64,000 nucleotides of DNA from Alphaproteobacteria bacterium (lineage in GTDB: Bacteria; Pseudomonadota; Alphaproteobacteria; Bin95), in assembly GCA_963665325.3 (NCBI GenBank), contig CAXXWS020000002.1:448001-512000 (forward strand). Direction: 5' to 3'. The position numbers and the translations under genes are program-made. Numbering within the stretch: the stretch's first letter is position 1; each line of letters opens with the position of its first letter. The notes beneath the pieces were generated by a model. That model had not been told where the DNA came from, made no database searches, and was given only the letters and a program-made list of their open reading frames with translations. Positions 58,103-64,000 of this stretch are shown piece by piece.

Positions 58103-58629
58103 TGCGTCGTTCCCCCGAAGAGGCGGCGGAATCGCTCGCGCTCGATACCGGCGTCCTCGAGGACATTGCCGCGCACGGTCGTGGTCCGCGTCCCCGGAAT
58201 GTCATGGACCGGGCCGGCGAACACGCGCGCGTCGAGGCTTCGCCCGACATGGCGGTTGTAGACGTCGCGGGCCTCCGAGCAGATCCGCTTGCGGGCGAGG
58301 TTGAGGATGCGGTCGAGCGCGGCGCCCGGATCGTGGAGGATGTTGAAGCCGCGATAGTCGAACATGTCCCACACGCAGCTGAGGTCGAGGATCGAGTCCG
58401 GCTTGCGAATGCCCTGGTCGGAATGGCGGATGACCTGGAAATCCGCCTGCACGCCGGCCTCGGCCGCATCCACCAGCGCTTCCGCGACCCGGGGATCGCA
58501 GTCGGCCGGCCCGGAAGGGGGAGTGCCCGGCGCGTCCTGCGCAGCGGCCGGCCCCGCCGATATCAGCAGCAGGGCGAGCAGCGCCGCCGGTCCCCTTCTC
58601 GCCGCCATGCCTGCCTTCGCTGTCTTCAT
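58099..58629 (-). CDS. Secreted hypothetical transfer protein with three Cys
   Basis: Signal peptide (AAA-Q); ATGA-coupled on both sides. Confidence 0.7.
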   Translation of the reverse strand: MKTAKAGMAARRGPAALLALLLISAGPAAAQDAPGTPPSGPADCDPRVAEALVDAAEAGVQADFQVIRHSDQGIRKPDSILDLSCVWDMFDYRGFNILHDPGAALDRILNLARKRICSEARDVYNRHVGRSLDARVFAGPVHDIPGTRTTTVRGNVLEDAGIERERFRRLFGGTTQ

Positions 58630-61600
58630 GCCGCCGCTCCACGCCGCTGTTGTCTGCCGGCCAGCCGGTCGGCCATGGCGTCCAGCACCTCGCGCACCGA
58701 GGCGCGGGAGCGGGCGCCGCGCGCCTCCAGCTCTGCCAGCACGTGCTCGATCTGCTGGAGAGCTGATCCGGCCGGGAACGCCTCGGCGAGCACGCGCCGC
58801 GCCTCGGCCGGCCCGAGGCGGGACTGGACCCTGCGCCTCAGCGCCACGTCCACCGGCCTTGTATTGAGCGCCCAGAGCTCCTGCGGCCCGGGCGCATTGA
58901 CCACCAGCTGCTCCAGCCGCCCGCGTTCGCCGGGGGCGATCAGCAGCGCCGGCGCGCCGCCCGGGCCGGGTCCCGTCAGCTCGAACTTCACGATGTCGTT
59001 CAGCGTGTCCGTCAGGCCGAACGTGGCCGCCATGGCCTCGACCTCGCGCGCCTGGCCGCCCGCGCCCAGGATCCAGTATTGCGTCGCCAAATCGACCAGG
59101 CCGTCGCCGAAGTCCTCCAGCCGCTGGCTGGAGAGCGCGAGCCGGGCGCCCGCCTTCCTTGCCTCGCGCACGTCGCGCTCCACCTGGGCGCGCACGGCCG
59201 GCGCCCCGGCCGTGCGGTGGTATTCGTCGTAGCAGAGCCGCTTCGGGGTCTCGCGGACCTCCCGGTTGCGCCTGGCGTGCCAGTCGCGGTAGCGCTCCGG
59301 CACCCCGGCCAGGTCCTCTTCCGCCAGCCACCAGGTCCGCGTCAGCGCATGGCGGGCCAGCATGTAGAACGCCGCCGTCTGCCGGTCGGCCTCGGGGCTG
59401 CCCGTCGGCGCGACTTCGGCGAGATCGATCACCGCGAGGCGCGCATTGCCGATATCGAAGGACGTCGCCCGGAACATGTTCGGCCAGGCTGAGGAGAGCC
59501 CCGTCAGGATGCGCCGGAACGCGGCCGTCACCGTCTCGCCGCCGGACCCGTAACGGGCCTCGCGCACCAGGCCCTGCACGGCTTCGGCCTGCGCCGCCGA
59601 GGGCAGCTCCGCGAATGTCGGCGCCGCGCGGCGCTGCGCCCGGATGGCGGCCTCGACGGCGCCGGCCTCGAAGAGCGCATCGACGACCTCCCATTGCAGC
59701 GCCTCTCCGTGCAGGGCGATCCCGTAGAGGTCGAGCGCGGCATCCACTTGCGCGTCCTCGCCCCGGTTCCAGAGCTTCGGCTCGCCGTTCCTCGCCGTGT
59801 CGGAGGCGAGCTTGTAGGCTTCCTCGACGGTGGCCCCGATCAGCTCGCGCATGCCGTCGGGCAGGCCGCCGCTGCCGACCGGCGTCACCATCAGCGAGAG
59901 CAGGTTCACGAGGAACGCGCGCTCGGCCGGCAGCGGGAAGCGGCAGCCGAGCTGCGTGTCCATGGGGTTGACGGCATCGGAGGCGTCCATGCGCCAGCGC
60001 CAGCGGCCCGCCTCGTGGCGCCGCGAGACCGGCAATGCGTCGCGCACCATCTCCACGAGCCCGGCCGCCGAGGGCCCGATATCGACGACGGCCTGCAGCG
60101 GCAGGCGCGCCTGGCCGCCCTGGAGGCAGAAGGCGAGCCCGAGCGTGTTCAGCAGCACCGACTTGCCCCGCCCCGGAATGCCGTGGATCAGGTCGAAGCC
60201 GTGCTCGGCGCCCTCGAAGCCGAAGGGCAGCGCCTTGCCGTCGGGCGCCATGAACATGTGCGAGGCGGCCGCCATCCGGTCCGACCGCGCGAGCGGCGCC
60301 GGGCGCGACACCGGCAGCATGCGCAGCACCTGGTGAAGAGGCGCCAGGCCCGCCACCGCAGTCGAGCCGCAGGCGAAGCCCGGCGCCGACATCGCCAGCG
60401 CCTGGAGCGGGTCTCCGGTGACGCGCGTCACCGCGATCTCACCCCAGCCCTCGACGAGCTGCTGCAGACGGCTCGCGCGGCGCGTCAGCTCCTCCCGCCT
60501 CGCTTCCGTCGCGATCGGCCCGTCCACCCAAGTCAGGAACTGGACCCGGACCCTGACCACGGCGCGCCCGGTGTCGGCATGGGCGGCAAGCGCCCGCGAG
60601 GCGTCGCGCACCGCCAGGCTGTCCGAGGAGGAGAACGCCAGGAACGGCGCGAGCGCATGGCGCAGCACCGCGCCCGCATGCTTCATGCCGCCGCCTTCGA
60701 TCAGCACCGAGACGCGGAGCGGCAGGTTGCCGGCGGCCGCCAGCCGCGCCATCAGCTCGGAGAACGGCCTCACGATGCGGGGTCCGAGCTCCATGTCGAA
60801 CGGCGCCCAGAGGCGCGGGCCCAGCAGCACCGTGCGGGCGTCGAGAACCTCCGGGTCCTGGATCAGCACCTGCGGGGCGAGCGGCGGCGGGAAGGCGCCC
60901 AGGATCGCGGGCTCCAGCTGGCGCGGCGGGGCCTCGTTGGCCGAGGTCACCGGAACCCAGCCGTCGCCGACGCTCTCCGGGCCCATCAGCCACCAGCGCA
61001 GCACGCGCACCGCGTCATGCGCGCCGAGAACCCGTGCGACCAGGCCCGTCTCCTCCAGCACGGCCTGCACGGACTCCGTGAACGCCAGATGCCTTGCGCC
61101 CAGCGCGCCGTCGGCCGCGAACGGGCATTGCGACTCGTCATCGCCCGGCGCCCAGTCCTGCATCCGGCGCTCGATCGCCTTCCTCTCGCGCTTCGCCTGG
61201 TCGCGCGGCAGCACGGCCGCGCCGCTCCAGCAGGCGATGGTGAGCCGCTCGCCCGCCGCCCGGGGCGCCAGGCGCTCAACCCTCTCGGCGATCGGGCCCT
61301 CGAGATCGAGCCCGAGCCGGGCGCAGCTCTGCCGCTGGCGCCCGGCCGCGTCCTCGAGCAACCGCCTTCCTTCCTCCGGCGCGCGCTCGAAGACGACATG
61401 CAGCGTGTGGCCGCGCTCCAGGAACGCCGTGCCGAGCCGGCGCTCGACCGTCTCCACCAACCGGTCCAGCTCCGCCTCTCCCATCGCGCTGCGGGCGCCG
61501 CCGACATCGATGACCGACGCAAGCGAGCCGTCATGGCCGATCAGCAGGCCCGTCCCGTCGCGCTCGGCCGCGGCGCGCACCAGCATGAAGCTCTCCAGCG

Positions 61601-61667
61601 GCTTGCGCCGCACGTCCCACGACCAGTGAAGCAGGTCCTCCAGCCCGTCCGCGAGGCCCCGCCGCAT
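58626..61667 (-). CDS. IcmB/DotO (TraU) VirB4-like ATPase
   Basis: DGSL.S...V.G, GIPGRGKS Walker A, IDIG.S, NP.DT.LG.R.P, YDEYHRT and ELWAL.T...D..LR motifs. Confidence 0.9.
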   Translation of the reverse strand: MRRGLADGLEDLLHWSWDVRRKPLESFMLVRAAAERDGTGLLIGHDGSLASVIDVGGARSAMGEAELDRLVETVERRLGTAFLERGHTLHVVFERAPEEGRRLLEDAAGRQRQSCARLGLDLEGPIAERVERLAPRAAGERLTIACWSGAAVLPRDQAKRERKAIERRMQDWAPGDDESQCPFAADGALGARHLAFTESVQAVLEETGLVARVLGAHDAVRVLRWWLMGPESVGDGWVPVTSANEAPPRQLEPAILGAFPPPLAPQVLIQDPEVLDARTVLLGPRLWAPFDMELGPRIVRPFSELMARLAAAGNLPLRVSVLIEGGGMKHAGAVLRHALAPFLAFSSSDSLAVRDASRALAAHADTGRAVVRVRVQFLTWVDGPIATEARREELTRRASRLQQLVEGWGEIAVTRVTGDPLQALAMSAPGFACGSTAVAGLAPLHQVLRMLPVSRPAPLARSDRMAAASHMFMAPDGKALPFGFEGAEHGFDLIHGIPGRGKSVLLNTLGLAFCLQGGQARLPLQAVVDIGPSAAGLVEMVRDALPVSRRHEAGRWRWRMDASDAVNPMDTQLGCRFPLPAERAFLVNLLSLMVTPVGSGGLPDGMRELIGATVEEAYKLASDTARNGEPKLWNRGEDAQVDAALDLYGIALHGEALQWEVVDALFEAGAVEAAIRAQRRAAPTFAELPSAAQAEAVQGLVREARYGSGGETVTAAFRRILTGLSSAWPNMFRATSFDIGNARLAVIDLAEVAPTGSPEADRQTAAFYMLARHALTRTWWLAEEDLAGVPERYRDWHARRNREVRETPKRLCYDEYHRTAGAPAVRAQVERDVREARKAGARLALSSQRLEDFGDGLVDLATQYWILGAGGQAREVEAMAATFGLTDTLNDIVKFELTGPGPGGAPALLIAPGERGRLEQLVVNAPGPQELWALNTRPVDVALRRRVQSRLGPAEARRVLAEAFPAGSALQQIEHVLAELEARGARSRASVREVLDAMADRLAGRQQRRGAAA

Positions 61668-62056
61668 TACTGGAACTTCGGCTTCTGGAGCCCGGGATCG
61701 CGGTCGAGGCCGATACCTTCGACGATCGAATCGATCAGCGCCGGCGCCGAGGCCAGAGCCACCGCGACCAGAATGCCCACCACCGGCAAAGCGAGCCCGC
61801 CGCGCTGCTGGTTCTCCAGGTTGGTCTTGAAGCGCAGGATCGCCCAGCCGCCGACGAATATCGCCAGCCCATAGAACACCCATTCCATCAGGACCATCGC
61901 CTCCTCGATCTGGGTGGCTCCGTCCTCCGCCAGCTCGCCCAGCGTCACCGCCTTCGCCGGACCCGCCCGGAACAGCACCGCGGTGAACGCCGCCGCCGCC
62001 AGTCCCGCCATGAACTCCCGGACCTGCCGGGCCATGGCTTCCATTCTCTCCTTCAT
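61667..62056 (-). CDS. Pilin-like small membrane protein (IcmD/TraR-like)
   Basis: Signal peptide plus two TM helices; GGAGG RBS; coupled to the ATPase gene. Confidence 0.7.
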   Translation of the reverse strand: MKERMEAMARQVREFMAGLAAAAFTAVLFRAGPAKAVTLGELAEDGATQIEEAMVLMEWVFYGLAIFVGGWAILRFKTNLENQQRGGLALPVVGILVAVALASAPALIDSIVEGIGLDRDPGLQKPKFQ

Positions 62057-62091
62057 CTCCAACCTCCTTCTTCCGGTTGAAATCCGCCGTC

Positions 62092-62448
62092 TCATTCGCC
62101 GCGCCAGACGGGCGGTTCATGTCCAATGGCCAAACCCTCCAGCAGCGCCTCGATCAGCGAGGGCGCCGTGGCCAGCGCGACCGCGAAGGCGATCCCCACC
62201 ACCGGCGTAATCAGGCCGCCGGGCTTCGGGGCATCGAAATGCATTTTGAGCCTCAGGAGCGCCCAACCGCCGACGCACACTGCCAGCGCGTAGAATGTCC
62301 ATGTCACCAGCCACGGCAGCAGGTCCTCGAGCGGATGGCCGGGGCGGTACAAGAGGTCCTCGCCCATCCCGTAAGGCTTCGCGACCGCCATGCCGGCCGC
62401 CAGCGACGCGCCGGCCGCGAAGGCGGAATACGCCGCCCGCCGCCTCAT
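62092..62448 (-). CDS. Second pilin-like paralogue
   Basis: W.FY.LA..VGGWA.LR.K...GGL..PVVGI..AVALA.AP.LI shared with 61667-62056. Confidence 0.7.
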   Translation of the reverse strand: MRRRAAYSAFAAGASLAAGMAVAKPYGMGEDLLYRPGHPLEDLLPWLVTWTFYALAVCVGGWALLRLKMHFDAPKPGGLITPVVGIAFAVALATAPSLIEALLEGLAIGHEPPVWRGE

Positions 62449-62978
62449 ATCGGCACCGCCTGGACGCCGAGCGTCTCCTGAAGGGCGCGGACCAGGCCCG
62501 CCATGTGCCAGGCGAGCACGCCGCCCAAGAGGTGCGAGCCGGCCTGCGCCAGCGTCGCCTGGCCGCGCCCGTCCACCGCGTGCTTCAGCACGAACAGGCC
62601 GCGCATGAACGCGAACACGCCGATCCACGCCACCACGGTGAACGCCGCCTGGACCGCGGCGCCGAAGCGCGCCCACTCGCCCGAGGCGGGCGGGATCCAC
62701 GCCACCGCCGCCGCCGCCTCGCGCTCGGCGCCGAACAGCGACTCGCCGCCCGCGGCCAGCACCGCCGGCAGCTGGGCCAGCAGCGGCGCCAGCAGGAACA
62801 GCATCGCCGTGCCCGTCGCCGTGCCGGGCCAGTGGCCGCCCGCATGGCGCAACAGGCGCAGGCACGCCCCCAGGAAGCAGAACGCCGCGAGCGCATAGCA
62901 GACCCAGGTCATCAGCGTCCGGAGCGCCGGGTCGACGTTCTCGACCAGCGCCCGGAAGGCCTCCTCCAGACCGTTCAT
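62445..62978 (-). CDS. IcmC/DotE (TraQ)-like membrane protein
   Basis: Four TM helices; IG..AF.RG...L...H..GG.LA....TLG motif. Confidence 0.7.
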   Translation of the reverse strand: MNGLEEAFRALVENVDPALRTLMTWVCYALAAFCFLGACLRLLRHAGGHWPGTATGTAMLFLLAPLLAQLPAVLAAGGESLFGAEREAAAAVAWIPPASGEWARFGAAVQAAFTVVAWIGVFAFMRGLFVLKHAVDGRGQATLAQAGSHLLGGVLAWHMAGLVRALQETLGVQAVPI

Positions 62979-64000
62979 TGCGCGGCGCCCACGTTGGGCC
63001 GGATGACGGCCCCGCCGGCATCGATCGTGGCGACGGGAGGTTCGCGTCCGGGCGGTGCGGCGCCTGACGCAGGCTCCGCACTGCCGCCACGCTCCTCCGG
63101 CTCGGGCGGCGCGGTCACGACCAGCACCAGCTCGGTGTCGACCGGGACCCGGACCGTCGGCCCGTCCGGAGCGGACTCCAGCAGCACCCGGCTCGCGACC
63201 CGGGCCGCGCTGGCCGCGCCCGCATGGACCTGCTGGCGGTGCGTGGGGGCCCCGCTCTCCACCGTTATCGAGTTGCCCGAGGCATCGCGCGTCACGATCT
63301 GCGCCGTGCGCGCGGCCGCATCGAGGAACCCTTCCGCGAAGGCCAGCGCCGAGGGCAGCAGCACGCGCTGGAACCAGTGCCGGTCGACCTCCCCCGGAAT
63401 GCCGTAGCAGGCGCAGCCCGGGTCCACCGCCCAGCCCTCGACCGCCCAGCTTCGCCGCCCGAGCGAAAGCCGGTCGATCCGGATCACCAGCCGCTCGCCC
63501 TGCTCCTGGAACGCCCCGGTCGCGACGGCGCCCGCCAGAGGCGGCTCCAGCACCTCCAGCACCACCGGGCCCGGCCAGTCGCTGTTCGCTTCGTAGAGCG
63601 TGCGCGCATAGAGGCCCCGGCCGACGGCCAGGGCCGCGAGCGCCGCCGGCAGCCGGGACGCGGCCCGGCCCCGTTCCGGACCGGCCCGGGCGCTCTCCAC
63701 CGTCTCTTCGCGGGCGTATTCCAGCCAGGCCGCCTTGCCCGGCGGCTCGCCCAGCACTTCCAGCAGCGCGTCGAGCGGCGAAGACGACGCCTCCCGGTCG
63801 CGGCCGCGCTCGGGCAGGCGCTCGCGGTATCCGGCCGCCGGCTCGGCGCGTTGCCGCTCCACCGGATCGTCCGGGGCCGGCCGGGCCTCCGGAGGAGCCT
63901 CCACGATGTCGGGAGGCGGTCCGGCTTCGGCGGCGGGCACGGCCGGGATCGTCGCCGGGGGCGGTCCCTCCCGCACAGCGGGCCCGGGAGGTGCTGGCCG
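62975..64000 (-). CDS. DotG/IcmE (TraO, VirB10-like) core protein, 5' part outside window
   Basis: YA......NSD.PGPV, GA...G.F, AVDP and VD.H...R...P.A..F..G motifs; Pro-rich linker. Confidence 0.82.
   Translation of the reverse strand, partial: RPAPPGPAVREGPPPATIPAVPAAEAGPPPDIVEAPPEARPAPDDPVERQRAEPAAGYRERLPERGRDREASSSPLDALLEVLGEPPGKAAWLEYAREETVESARAGPERGRAASRLPAALAALAVGRGLYARTLYEANSDWPGPVVLEVLEPPLAGAVATGAFQEQGERLVIRIDRLSLGRRSWAVEGWAVDPGCACYGIPGEVDRHWFQRVLLPSALAFAEGFLDAAARTAQIVTRDASGNSITVESGAPTHRQQVHAGAASAARVASRVLLESAPDGPTVRVPVDTELVLVVTAPPEPEERGGSAEPASGAAPPGREPPVATIDAGGAVIRPNVGAAQ

Larger units (their letters stand above)
6125..64000. mobile_element. Integrated conjugative element (ICE or integrated plasmid); right end outside window
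   Basis: Begins at a broken host gene; carries rep/parAB, a serine recombinase, ssb, a MOBF relaxase, a T4CP and Dot/Icm-like genes; no phage structural genes. Confidence 0.88.

Overview
High-GC, probably alphaproteobacterial chromosome segment. Bases 1-6120 are host housekeeping genes (acyl-CoA synthetase, MFS, SnoaL, PcaD-like hydrolase, MetY). The last of them, an isocitrate/isopropylmalate dehydrogenase-family gene, breaks off at ~6125. From there to the window end lies a >57 kb integrated conjugative element. Its modules in order: (1) a phage-type Rep with internal iterons, ParA/ParB, DUF5131, a nuclease and a large serine recombinase; (2) a 9.4 kb array of single-gene cassettes, each headed by the same hairpin-forming motif (12 copies), including ssb, a Toprim protein (paralogue of one just upstream) and two 8-repeat C4 zinc-finger proteins; (3) a catalytically dead MOBF relaxase domain coupled to a 2117-aa MOBF relaxase-helicase; (4) a 1764-aa SLOG/NADAR polyvalent protein that shares the relaxase's ~300-aa C-terminal domain; (5) Tn3-family debris with VapBC, an MTase-HNH fusion and Uma2; (6) a membrane-anchored integrase-arm-domain protein beside a 12 x 52-bp tandem array; (7) a VirD4-type coupling protein and a Dot/Icm-like (type IVB) transfer operon. 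All family calls come from motif recognition by eye; no database searches were run.
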